Shown here: positions 23,374 to 36,945 of the stretch, in pieces | Layout of the letters: the number at the start of each line of letters is the position of its first letter | Position numbering within the stretch: position 1 is the stretch's first letter | Source: Oculina patagonica | Lineage: Eukaryota | Assembly: GCF_052425735.1 (NCBI RefSeq) | Contig: NC_135771.1 | Span: forward strand, 124,001 to 188,000 | Length of the DNA: 64,000 bases | Direction: 5' to 3' | Translations under genes and position numbers: made by a program | The notes under the pieces: generated by a model | What the model saw: only the letters and a program-made list of their open reading frames with translations | Database searches by the model: none | Told to the model about the DNA's origin: nothing

Positions 23374-26170
23374 TGACAAATCGACAGAATCATGAACGGA
23401 TTGTTTTTTAAGTTCTAAGCGATTATTTCCTGCTCTTATTTCGTGGTTCAATTAAAATAAGACTTCTCCGCACTGGCTGACATTACATTTTTTTGTAGTA
23501 TGATATCATAGTTATTATTCCAACTCCCCTTCCTGAAGTCCTTCACCCTACCGATCCCCCCCTCGCACTTTGCACCCCTCGCTTATTGCACCTCTCACCC
23601 CCCCCCCTCCTTCCTCTTCTATCACGTTCATTAAAGAGGCAGCTGATCCTTCCCCTCCCCTCCGTTACGCTTCCCTGAGAGCAGATAGAGGTAGGTTAGC
23701 ACTCATCCCCATACGTCAAACTGACATTCCTCTTTCACATGTTCAGTGATGGCTGCCACTGTCCTTACCGTCCAGTCAACCACTGTGATGTGGCTGTGCG
23801 CATGCGTAAGGTACCAAATTAAGAAATCATCTAAATGCACAAACAAAATGACAATAGAAACTAACCTTTTTTAACAAAAAAAAAATATCTAAAAATAACA
23901 CGCAAACTGCGGTGATAAACATTACGGACAAACGCATTGTTAGAAAAAAATAGACCTTTTACTTGACGTTTCGTATGCTTCAACATGCATCTTCAGAAGC
24001 TAGAAGAAACCGTTAAAATGAAAGTACAACTAAATTTAAATTCGAAAAATAACAGGATTGACAGATGACGAAAAACAGATGATGAAAGAGAAAAATAATA
24101 ATAAATAAAATACAATGAAATAACGATTTGCACAAAACAAATTGTGCAAACTAGTAAAGATAAAAAATATAACACAAACAGCGGTAATGGTAAAAAACAT
24201 TACCGCTGTTTGTGTTATATTTTTAATCAAGTTAGACAAGTTACGATGGCCTAAAACCGAGAGTCTATATAGTAAAGATACTGAGATTTTCGCTGACACA
24301 TTATCATTCACCAGGCGCGTAGCTGACGTCAATATTTCAAACTCGATGGAGTGTAAAATAACAGGTATTTTTAGTCATAACAACAATATTTCCGGAGTTT
24401 TGTTAACTTGATACATTTACATACCGGCTTAGTACACTAAACGTTTTACAAAAGCTTGACGTGTGCTGCAAAGGCATCTCAGGGTAAAAGCTTAAGCCCC
24501 CCACCCCTCGGTTCCACCGTCAATGTACTAAAAGCAGCGTCAAAGCGTCTATATGCACTAAATACACGTATCACCTGGGTCCCCCGAAATTTTATTCCCC
24601 GCCTTTCGTCTATTGATACTCCATTTATCAAATCCCGAACGCCTGTCAAGGAAATATTTTTCAACGATGGGATTATTTTTTGCGGGCCCAAGAGAGGCCC
24701 GCAACCCTAATCTTGACAGTGACCAGCGGATTGCGTTTTACGCGTGCGCGCCACGTTAATAAAAAGCGAACAGAAAACGGAAGTTGAAAATTTTGTTCTT
24801 CCACTAAGAACGATCGGAATGCGAAAAATGTGTCAATCACGACAGTTTGTCGTAACACCGGAAGAGAAAATCTGTTCTCCAAGAACAATTGTCATTCTGT
24901 CACATGAAAGATTGCAAACATTACAATTTGCAGACGTGTTTTACGGGTGTTGCTTTTGCGAAAATTTGCTCTGATTGTATCACGCATAAACCACGGCAAA
25001 GCAGATGATTCCAAAAACGGTTTTTCTCGAGAAATTCGTTATAACACTGACAACATAGCGAGTTTATCAACCGAGGAAAATCACATCTCAATTCACACCG
25101 CGTGTCCGACTACAGTTCACTAAACTGTCAATCCGACAAAAGACAACTCTGACTGGTTCGCGGCCGGTTAGCGGCAATTAAGCGTGATTTATCATTAATC
25201 GCGCCACGTTAATAAAAGGCGAGCACAACATAGCGAGTTTACCGATTGAGAAAAATCACATCTCAATTCACACCGCGTGCTCGATTACACTTCCCAAAAC
25301 GATAAAAACACGCATTCCTTGCGTGACGCGTTACTCGGGATAATTGTCTTTTGTCCATTTAATCATTTATTTATCGACACTGCCATCTAAAATTACTCAC
25401 TCTCGTACCAGTACCTTTTCTAAGTGCGTCAAGGCCCGCACTTTCTAACCTGTGGTTACCACTAGTACTACATATAATACTAGGTCACTAGGATATATTG
25501 AGGCCACTTACTAACTAATTCACTACAGGACTATTCGTAAAGCAAACTTGACAATTGCATCATCCTCGGGTGAAGGCCTTGAAATAGATTGATAATTTCG
25601 TCCAGATCGACAGGCATACTGATACTTGATATGCATGAGAGCCAGTGAGGAGAGCCCATTCTCCTTACAATTTAATACTTTCCCGATACTTTTAGCGTTT
25701 TCTTGCAGGGTAATGTAAACGCTGCGACACTGCGACGTTTCCCATTCCCCCACTATTTGCTAAAGGCTGAAAATCAACAGTTTGTGTTTTCAGTCCTCCA
25801 TTATTGACCTCTCTGTGATATATTTAACGTTCTTTTTAAAATGACCACCACCACCACCAACAACAACTTTTTTCGTACCCAAATTAAAATTAGATATGCA
25901 TCTATATTAAGACATAGTATTCAGAATTTCTAGATCAAAACAACGATAAAGACAAAGTTTACGCGATCAAGTTTGTATAGTCCCGTCTGAAGTAGAACCT
26001 CTGAGATTCTGTTTGTTTTTCTTACTGGCGTACTTTTCTTGAAAAGTAATGTGATATTTTCGTTTTAATTTTACGTCAATCATAAGAGGCCCCGTGGGAC
26101 TTATTTATGTATAAAACGCGTTTGGTTCGTTAGGACAGCTTTGTTCATGTGGGTTGTTGGTGAGGGTAAA

Positions 26171-29100
26171 ATGGATTTAAGCCTGGTCCTGGTATTTTGT
26201 GCTGCGACATTGTCTCTGGTGCACACCAACCATGTCTTGGACTCAGTGCAGCGCAATACACTGCATGCAGACAGTATTATCCAGACATCCTTTGGCTTTC
26301 GTGACGAACACGGTGAGCAGACGAAAAGAAGCGAGACAAGTTCGATTGTGTCAAGCCCTCAGAAAAAGCGACGAAGTGTGAGCTCTGATCCATCCAACCT
26401 TAAGCTTGCAGCTTTCAACGTACGAACATTTGGTACCAAGAAAATGGCAACACCAGGTGTGCCAGATATTCTTGTCAAGGTTGGTATGTTGTCCTTGCAT
26501 TTTGTCGATGTTTCAAAAATCTTGGAGAGTGCATCTTACTACAATATAACACTAGCAACACTGGTGGCTCTTGTTTTTTTTGTTTTTTTCGTTTTGATTT
26601 TTGTTGTGTGTGTATGGACTCTATCGTTGAATCTCGGAAAGCTTTGTCGCGAGTATCTATACAGTGACGTCACGTGACGTCTGTTGTAAAAGTAAAATTT
26701 GTATCGCTCGCTTGTGAGAAAAAATTCATGTTACTCAAGCCAAAAAGTTGCCTTTTGTTTAGTGTTTTTACTGTAACAATCGCCTTTCCACGATTTAAAT
26801 GTAAACACAAAAGTGAAAATATAGCCAATCGAACTTGCAGAGATGTATCTGGAACTGAAGATCCAGAAATTAGAAGTTTTGCCTTTATGTAGTAGGTTGC
26901 ATTTCTGGCCTTGGGTTGTGAAAGCGGCAAAAATCGACACGTAAATATATAAGTAAATAAATGCGTGACATAATTTTACGATTTACTATTTTTACTGCTG
27001 TAAAGCATCATTTAACTGCTTGCAGTGTCGATTTTTCTGCCAAAACCGAAGTGAACTTGAAATTACTGTCATGCCGCATGAACAAGGACCAACAAGCGGT
27101 GAGTTCTTAATGGCGGTGACGACAATACTTCCCGAATGCCGCGCGGCATTCGGAATTCGTTCGTACCGCTCGCGGTTTCTGTAGAATGATAAAGACTGCT
27201 GGTAGTATATATTTTTAAGTATTCTTGTCCCATGTGAACTCTTTTTTGACTGCCGTGATATTTGCAGATTATTCTTCGTTATGATGTCATTCTCATTCAG
27301 GAGATCAGAGACGCGTCTGGAAAAGCGATTCAACAGCTGCTGTCCTTGGTAAACAAGTCAGTATACACCAAGTCAAGATTAATGTTGTATTTCAATTGCG
27401 CGTCAGTTTTTGTGCATGTTAGTGTATTTTTTTTATTCTCCGAATGAATCCTGTAGGTATTCCACCAAAGGTCTGTACAAGATCACCATCAGCCCGCGAC
27501 TTGGAAGAACCTCCAGTAAAGAACAATACGCATTCTTGTATAGGTCAGTCCCTGATAGTGCGGGTGATTTGAGTTACAATAGCCGACAGGAAAGCAAAGA
27601 TTTTCCTTCTCCTTGTATACCTATTCCTAGTGAGGACAGCATAAGGAGAATGAGTGTGTCCGTTTTTCTTATGCACTTCTTTTGCTTGTGTTTTTGTTTC
27701 CGGGTTAGGGTTGTTTCGATTTGCTTTCTGAATGCTGGGTATCATCTACATTATCAACAAGAGAAGACCTATGCGTTCTAAGTTCTTATCCTTCAGCGTG
27801 TACGTGTTGCGTTCTTCATTAGGTACTGGGTGCAGTAACTAGACATGATCAGGCTTACAACTAAGTATGTCTCACTAGCCCGACGAGAGTGGTGACGGGT
27901 TGTAGTATACGTTTAATGTGTTATGTGGCTTTGATTACTTTAGGAAGGACGTTTTATCTGTTAAACACACCTATGTTTACGATGACGGGAAAGAAGAACT
28001 AAAAACAGACACATTTGAAAGAGAACCGTACATTGTGCACTTTACTTCCACTCGAACTAGTAAGTAAATATCTCGCATTTCTGTCTTGAAGGAATCCTTA
28101 GAAAAGATAGAAAATACCATGTTATTAGCCGTTTAAGTACGAGTATGTAGCGAAAAGACTACGCCTTGATGTCATTGTAGAATAACAATTTTCATTTGCA
28201 ATCTTAACTTGTGGTAAATAATACAACTTTCACTCGGACGATAACTTATAACTGACTCCAAACCGTTCGAGGTTTTCTCCCTTAAAAGTTAAGTTTTAAC
28301 CTTTTAAGCCGTGTTTTTAATTAAAAATGGCTGAACTGTAACTGGGTTAATTTGTGCGGTGGTTACAAAATAATCCTTGCTTTTCGTGTCTTTATCTTCA
28401 GATCTAACCGATTTCGTACTCGTCGCTATCCATACATCTCCGTCCAAAGCTAATCAAGAAATTCACGAGCTTGCCGCTGTGTATGATGACGTCACCAAGA
28501 AGCTTGCCATCACAAATGTGATCATTCTCGGTGACTTAAACGCCGCCTGCAGTTATATGAGTGACAGTGATTGGAAGACCAACCGTTTGGCTAATGACAA
28601 TCGATTTCATTGGCTCATTTCTGACTGTGTTGACACCACTGTGACTGGAGGGCACTGTGCATATGATCGGCAAGTAATTTAGGTTTTTGTTGGATGACAG
28701 CTTAGTTTTTTCGTGAGAGCGGTGTTCATGCAGCGCCGGTAAAAATAATTCAGTCTCAGAGTAGGGGGGTGGGTGGGAGGTGTAGTATAAAGCGCTCGTG
28801 ATGATGACGCACTTCACTCCTCAAATTCATTGTATTAGAAAAGACTATTTTACGCTGTGACAACGAATTTTACTTAGGGGTGTTCTAGTCCTATTAACTT
28901 GTAATTGTTTTGTGATAAAGACGAGTTAGAATCCATTTCTTGTACTGTCATAATGTCTTAATCTTTATCAACGTCGACTCGTTTCATTTTATCTGTTATT
29001 TTTAGATTCGTAGTTGCTGGAGACGCCATATTAGATGCAGTCAGCGAATCAAGTCCAGGAAGCTATAAATATGATGAAGATTTGAACATCAACAAAACTA

Positions 29101-30160
29101 TGGTAAAGACCCTGTAATCTACCGAGTGGTCATTTTTATTCTGTTAACGCGTTTCATATCAAGACTGGCTTTTTTTTGCTTTTGCTTCAATGTCGGAGTA
29201 CAATATCCTTTGTTGCAGGGGAACCATCAAAATGGATTTGGAAATAATTTTTAGTAACAAGCCTTAGTAAGGGGAGTGAAAAGCGGACATTTTTTTATAA
29301 CGAGCTTTTCTCGTACGATAAAATTAAAGGAAAGAATTGGACGTTGGTACGAGTCTGTCTTGTGTATAGTAACAAAATGTGATTTTGAGGCGTCTATACA
29401 CTCTATTTAGAGATCCATTTTCTAATAAATTACCGAATGTTGATTAATTTCAGGCATTACTTGTAAGCGATCACTATCCCGTAGAAATGCAACTTTACTC
29501 AAAAGGTAAGTCTCAGTTCATTTTAGGTTTTTGAATAAACTGATCAATTTCTGTATGTGATATTTGATTCTATTTGATAGCTTCTTTTTTCCTTACATGG
29601 TCAACACGACTAACTTGTGAGGTAAATATCTAGCGCAGATTACTGTTAAAAGTTCACCAAAGACAGACAGGTGACGAAAAAATGGAAAGCAAGCCACTTG
29701 AGGAAATTATTTTGATTTACCACAACTAACATTATACAAATGTATGGCAGTAAGTTTGGAATTTGTTTTTTCTTTTCTGACAGAGTTAGCTAAAGCAATG
29801 GCTCAAATATCCAAGGCGGTTGAATACACTTATAAAATGAAGCAGCATCCAAGCTTGAGACGATCTACTGTTTATGGAATGAGGAAGAAGAAGGCAATCA
29901 AAGATGCAGGATTCAAAGTGGAAACAACATACAGTGTGACGTTCAGCAAAGACTTTAAGAGCTTAAAAGAAGCTATGAATGCTATTCGTGTCATAAAAGA
30001 TAATATGATAAAGGTTAATATGATCTCTTTTGATCAGACTCAAAATGCAGAGTTCCACCTGAATGAAGTATGGGTAAAGGAAAAGCAAACCGGAACTGTC
30101 AAGATTGTTTGTAAAACGTCTCCCCAAACAACTTGCTGGATTGCTCTGTTACAAGACTGA
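26171..30160 (+). CDS. Secreted DNase I-family protein, copy 3
   Basis: Exon translations appear identical to copy 2. Confidence 0.92.
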
Positions 30161-32955
30161 TGACAAATCGACAGAATCATGAACGGATTGTTTTTTAAGT
30201 TCTAAGCGATTATTTCCTGCTCTTATTTCGTGGTTCAATTAAAATAAGACTTCTCCGCACTGGCTGACATTACATTTTTTTGTAGTATGATATCATAGTT
30301 ATTATTCCAACTCCCCTTCCTGAAGTCCTTCACCCTACCGATCCCCCCTCGCACTTTGCACCCCTCGCTTATTGCACCTCTCACCCCCCCCCTCCTTCCT
30401 CTTCTATCACGTTCATTAAAGAGGCAGCTGATCCTTCCCCTCCCCTCCGTTACGCTTCCCTGAGAGCAGATAGAGGTAGGTTAGCACTCATCCCCATACG
30501 TCAAACTGACATTCCTCTTTCACATGTTCAGTGATGGCTGCCACTGTCCTTACCGTCCAGTCAACCACTGTGATGTGGCTGTGCGCATGCGTAAGGTACC
30601 AAATTAAGAAATCATCTAAATGCACAAACAAAATGACAATAGAAACTAACCTTTTTTAACAAAAAAAAAATATCTAAAAATAACACGCAAACTGCGGTGA
30701 TAAACATTACGGACAAACGCATTGTTAGAAAAAAATAGACCTTTTACTTGACGTTTCGTATGCTTCAACATGCATCTTCAGAAGCTAGAAGAAACCGTTA
30801 AAATGAAAGTACAACTAAATTTAAATTCGAAAAATAACAGGATTGACAGATGACGAAAAACAGATGATGAAAGAGAAAAATAATAATAAATAAAATACAA
30901 TGAAATAACGATTTGCACAAAACAAATTGTGCAAACTAGTAAAGATAAAAAATATAACACAAACAGCGGTAATGGTAAAAAACATTACCGCTGTTTGTGT
31001 TATATTTTTAATCAAGTTAGACAAGTTACGATGGCCTAAAACCGAGAGTCTATATAGTAAAGATACTGAGATTTTCGCTGACACATTATCATTCACCAGG
31101 CGCGTAGCTGACGTCAATATTTCAAACTCGATGGAGTGTAAAATAACAGGTATTTTTAGTCATAACAACAATATTTCCGGAGTTTTGTTAACTTGATACA
31201 TTTACATACCGGCTTAGTACACTAAACGTTTTACAAAAGCTTGACGTGTGCTGCAAAGGCATCTCAGGGTAAAAGCTTAAGCCCCCCACCCCTCGGTTCC
31301 ACCGTCAATGTACTAAAAGCAGCGTCAAAGCGTCTATATGCACTAAATACACGTATCACCTGGGTCCCCCGAAATTTTATTCCCCGCCTTTCGTCTATTG
31401 ATACTCCATTTATCAAATCCCGAACGCCTGTCAAGGAAATATTTTTCAACGATGGGATTATTTTTTGCGGGCCCAAGAGAGGCCCGCAACCCTAATCTTG
31501 ACAGTGACCAGCGGATTGCGTTTTACGCGTGCGCGCCACGTTAATAAAAAGCGAACAGAAAACGGAAGTTGAAAATTTTGTTCTTCCACTAAGAACGATC
31601 GGAATGCGAAAAATGTGTCAATCACGACAGTTTGTCGTAACACCGGAAGAGAAAATCTGTTCTCCAAGAACAATTGTCATTCTGTCACATGAAAGATTGC
31701 AAACATTACAATTTGCAGACGTGTTTTACGGGTGTTGCTTTTGCGAAAATTTGCTCTGATTGTATCACGCATAAACCACGGCAAAGCAGATGATTCCAAA
31801 AACGGTTTTTCTCGAGAAATTCGTTATAACACTGACAACATAGCGAGTTTATCAACCGAGGAAAATCACATCTCAATTCACACCGCGTGTCCGACTACAG
31901 TTCACTAAACTGTCAATCCGACAAAAGACAACTCTGACTGGTTCGCGGCCGGTTAGCGGCAATTAAGCGTGATTTATCATTAATCGCGCCACGTTAATAA
32001 AAGGCGAGCACAACATAGCGAGTTTACCGATTGAGAAAAATCACATCTCAATTCACACCGCGTGCTCGATTACACTTCCCAAAACGATAAAAACACGCAT
32101 TCCTTGCGTGACGCGTTACTCGGGATAATTGTCTTTTGTCCATTTAATCATTTATTTATCGACACTGCCATCTAAAATTACTCACTCTCGTACCAGTACC
32201 TTTTCTAAGTGCGTCAAGGCCCGCACTTTCTAACCTGTGGTTACCACTAGTACTACATATAATACTAGGTCACTAGGATATATTGAGGCCACTTACTAAC
32301 TAATTCACTACAGGACTATTCGTAAAGCAAACTTGACAATTGCATCATCCTCGGGTGAAGGCCTTGAAATAGATTGATAATTTCGTCCAGATCGACAGGC
32401 ATACTGATACTTGATATGCATGAGAGCCAGTGAGGAGAGCCCATTCTCCTTACAATTTAATACTTTCCCGATACTTTTAGCGTTTTCTTGCAGGGTAATG
32501 TAAACGCTGCGACACTGCGACGTTTCCCATTCCCCCACTATTTGCTAAAGGCTGAAAATCAACAGTTTGTGTTTTCAGTCCTCCATTATTGACCTCTCTG
32601 TGATATATTTAACGTTCTTTTTAAAATGACCACCACCACCACCAACAACAACTTTTTTCGTACCCAAATTAAAATTAGATATGCATCTATATTAAGACAT
32701 AGTATTCAGAATTTCTAGATCAAAACAACGATAAAGACAAAGTTTACGCGATCAAGTTTGTATAGTCCCGTCTGAAGTAGAACCTCTGAGATTCTGTTTG
32801 TTTTTCTTACTGGCGTACTTTTCTTGAAAAGTAATGTGATATTTTCGTTTTAATTTTACGTCAATCATAAGAGGCCCCGTGGGACTTATTTATGTATAAA
32901 ACGCGTTTGGTTCGTTAGGACAGCTTTGTTCATGTGGGTTGTTGGTGAGGGTAAA

Positions 32956-35900
32956 ATGGATTTAAGCCTGGTCCTGGTATTTTGTGCTGCGACATTGTCT
33001 CTGGTGCACACCAACCATGTCTTGGACTCAGTGCAGCGCAATACACTGCATGCAGACAGTATTATCCAGACATCCTTTGGCTTTCGTGACGAACACGGTG
33101 AGCAGACGAAAAGAAGCGAGACAAGTTCGATTGTGTCAAGCCCTCAGAAAAAGCGACGAAGTGTGAGCTCTGATCCATCCAACCTTAAGCTTGCAGCTTT
33201 CAACGTACGAACATTTGGTACCAAGAAAATGGCAACACCAGGTGTGCCAGATATTCTTGTCAAGGTTGGTATGTTGTCCTTGCATTTTGTCGATGTTTCA
33301 AAAATCTTGGAGAGTGCATCTTACTACAATATAACACTAGCAACACTGGTGGCTCTTGTTTTTTTTGTTTTTTTCGTTTTGATTTTTGTTGTGTGTGTAT
33401 GGACTCTATCGTTGAATCTCGGAAAGCTTTGTCGCGAGTATCTATACAGTGACGTCACGTGACGTCTGTTGTAAAAGTAAAATTTGTATCGCTCGCTTGT
33501 GAGAAAAAATTCATGTTACTCAAGCCAAAAAGTTGCCTTTTGTTTAGTGTTTTTACTGTAACAATCGCCTTTCCACGATTTAAATGTAAACACAAAAGTG
33601 AAAATATAGCCAATCGAACTTGCAGAGATGTATCTGGAACTGAAGATCCAGAAATTAGAAGTTTTGCCTTTATGTAGTAGGTTGCATTTCTGGCCTTGGG
33701 TTGTGAAAGCGGCAAAAATCGACACGTAAATATATAAGTAAATAAATGCGTGACATAATTTTACGATTTACTATTTTTACTGCTGTAAAGCATCATTTAA
33801 CTGCTTGCAGTGTCGATTTTTCTGCCAAAACCGAAGTGAACTTGAAATTACTGTCATGCCGCATGAACAAGGACCAACAAGCGGTGAGTTCTTAATGGCG
33901 GTGACGACAATACTTCCCGAATGCCGCGCGGCATTCGGAATTCGTTCGTACCGCTCGCGGTTTCTGTAGAATGATAAAGACTGCTGGTAGTATATATTTT
34001 TAAGTATTCTTGTCCCATGTGAACTCTTTTTTGACTGCCGTGATATTTGCAGATTATTCTTCGTTATGATGTCATTCTCATTCAGGAGATCAGAGACGCG
34101 TCTGGAAAAGCGATTCAACAGCTGCTGTCCTTGGTAAACAAGTCAGTATACACCAAGTCAAGATTAATGTTGTATTTCAATTGCGCGTCAGTTTTTGTGC
34201 ATGTTAGTGTATTTTTTTTATTCTCCGAATGAATCCTGTAGGTATTCCACCAAAGGTCTGTACAAGATCACCATCAGCCCGCGACTTGGAAGAACCTCCA
34301 GTAAAGAACAATACGCATTCTTGTATAGGTCAGTCCCTGATAGTGCGGGTGATTTGAGTTACAATAGCCGACAGGAAAGCAAAGATTTTCCTTCTCCTTG
34401 TATACCTATTCCTAGTGAGGACAGCATAAGGAGAATGAGTGTGTCCGTTTTTCTTATGCACTTCTTTTGCTTGTGTTTTTGTTTCCGGGTTAGGGTTGTT
34501 TCGATTTGCTTTCTGAATGCTGGGTATCATCTACATTATCAACAAGAGAAGACCTATGCGTTCTAAGTTCTTATCCTTCAGCGTGTACGTGTTGCGTTCT
34601 TCATTAGGTACTGGGTGCAGTAACTAGACATGATCAGGCTTACAACTAAGTATGTCTCACTAGCCCGACGAGAGTGGTGACGGGTTGTAGTATACGTTTA
34701 ATGTGTTATGTGGCTTTGATTACTTTAGGAAGGACGTTTTATCTGTTAAACACACCTATGTTTACGATGACGGGAAAGAAGAACTAAAAACAGACACATT
34801 TGAAAGAGAACCGTACATTGTGCACTTTACTTCCACTCGAACTAGTAAGTAAATATCTCGCATTTCTGTCTTGAAGGAATCCTTAGAAAAGATAGAAAAT
34901 ACCATGTTATTAGCCGTTTAAGTACGAGTATGTAGCGAAAAGACTACGCCTTGATGTCATTGTAGAATAACAATTTTCATTTGCAATCTTAACTTGTGGT
35001 AAATAATACAACTTTCACTCGGACGATAACTTATAACTGACTCCAAACCGTTCGAGGTTTTCTCCCTTAAAAGTTAAGTTTTAACCTTTTAAGCCGTGTT
35101 TTTAATTAAAAATGGCTGAACTGTAACTGGGTTAATTTGTGCGGTGGTTACAAAATAATCCTTGCTTTTCGTGTCTTTATCTTCAGATCTAACCGATTTC
35201 GTACTCGTCGCTATCCATACATCTCCGTCCAAAGCTAATCAAGAAATTCACGAGCTTGCCGCTGTGTATGATGACGTCACCAAGAAGCTTGCCATCACAA
35301 ATGTGATCATTCTCGGTGACTTAAACGCCGCCTGCAGTTATATGAGTGACAGTGATTGGAAGACCAACCGTTTGGCTAATGACAATCGATTTCATTGGCT
35401 CATTTCTGACTGTGTTGACACCACTGTGACTGGAGGGCACTGTGCATATGATCGGCAAGTAATTTAGGTTTTTGTTGGATGACAGCTTAGTTTTTTCGTG
35501 AGAGCGGTGTTCATGCAGCGCCGGTAAAAATAATTCAGTCTCAGAGTAGGGGGGTGGGTGGGAGGTGTAGTATAAAGCGCTCGTGATGATGACGCACTTC
35601 ACTCCTCAAATTCATTGTATTAGAAAAGACTATTTTACGCTGTGACAACGAATTTTACTTAGGGGTGTTCTAGTCCTATTAACTTGTAATTGTTTTGTGA
35701 TAAAGACGAGTTAGAATCCATTTCTTGTACTGTCATAATGTCTTAATCTTTATCAACGTCGACTCGTTTCATTTTATCTGTTATTTTTAGATTCGTAGTT
35801 GCTGGAGACGCCATATTAGATGCAGTCAGCGAATCAAGTCCAGGAAGCTATAAATATGATGAAGATTTGAACATCAACAAAACTATGGTAAAGACCCTGT

Positions 35901-36945
35901 AATCTACCGAGTGGTCATTTTTATTCTGTTAACGCGTTTCATATCAAGACTGGCTTTTTTTTGCTTTTGCTTCAATGTCGGAGTACAATATCCTTTGTTG
36001 CAGGGGAACCATCAAAATGGATTTGGAAATAATTTTTAGTAACAAGCCTTAGTAAGGGGAGTGAAAAGCGGACATTTTTTTATAACGAGCTTTTCTCGTA
36101 CGATAAAATTAAAGGAAAGAATTGGACGTTGGTACGAGTCTGTCTTGTGTATAGTAACAAAATGTGATTTTGAGGCGTCTATACACTCTATTTAGAGATC
36201 CATTTTCTAATAAATTACCGAATGTTGATTAATTTCAGGCATTACTTGTAAGCGATCACTATCCCGTAGAAATGCAACTTTACTCAAAAGGTAAGTCTCA
36301 GTTCATTTTAGGTTTTTGAATAAACTGATCAATTTCTGTATGTGATATTTGATTCTATTTGATAGCTTCTTTTTTCCTTACATGGTCAACACGACTAACT
36401 TGTGAGGTAAATATCTAGCGCAGATTACTGTTAAAAGTTCACCAAAGACAGACAGGTGACGAAAAAATGGAAAGCAAGCCACTTGAGGAAATTATTTTGA
36501 TTTACCACAACTAACATTATACAAATGTATGGCAGTAAGTTTGGAATTTGTTTTTTCTTTTCTGACAGAGTTAGCTAAAGCAATGGCTCAAATATCCAAG
36601 GCGGTTGAATACACTTATAAAATGAAGCAGCATCCAAGCTTGAGACGATCTACTGTTTATGGAATGAGGAAGAAGAAGGCAATCAAAGATGCAGGATTCA
36701 AAGTGGAAACAACATACAGTGTGACGTTCAGCAAAGACTTTAAGAGCTTAAAAGAAGCTATGAATGCTATTCGTGTCATAAAAGATAATATGATAAAGGT
36801 TAATATGATCTCTTTTGATCAGACTCAAAATGCAGAGTTCCACCTGAATGAAGTATGGGTAAAGGAAAAGCAAACCGGAACTGTCAAGATTGTTTGTAAA
36901 ACGTCTCCCCAAACAACTTGCTGGATTGCTCTGTTACAAGACTGA
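32956..36945 (+). CDS. Secreted DNase I-family protein, copy 4
   Basis: Exon translations appear identical to copy 2. Confidence 0.92.
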
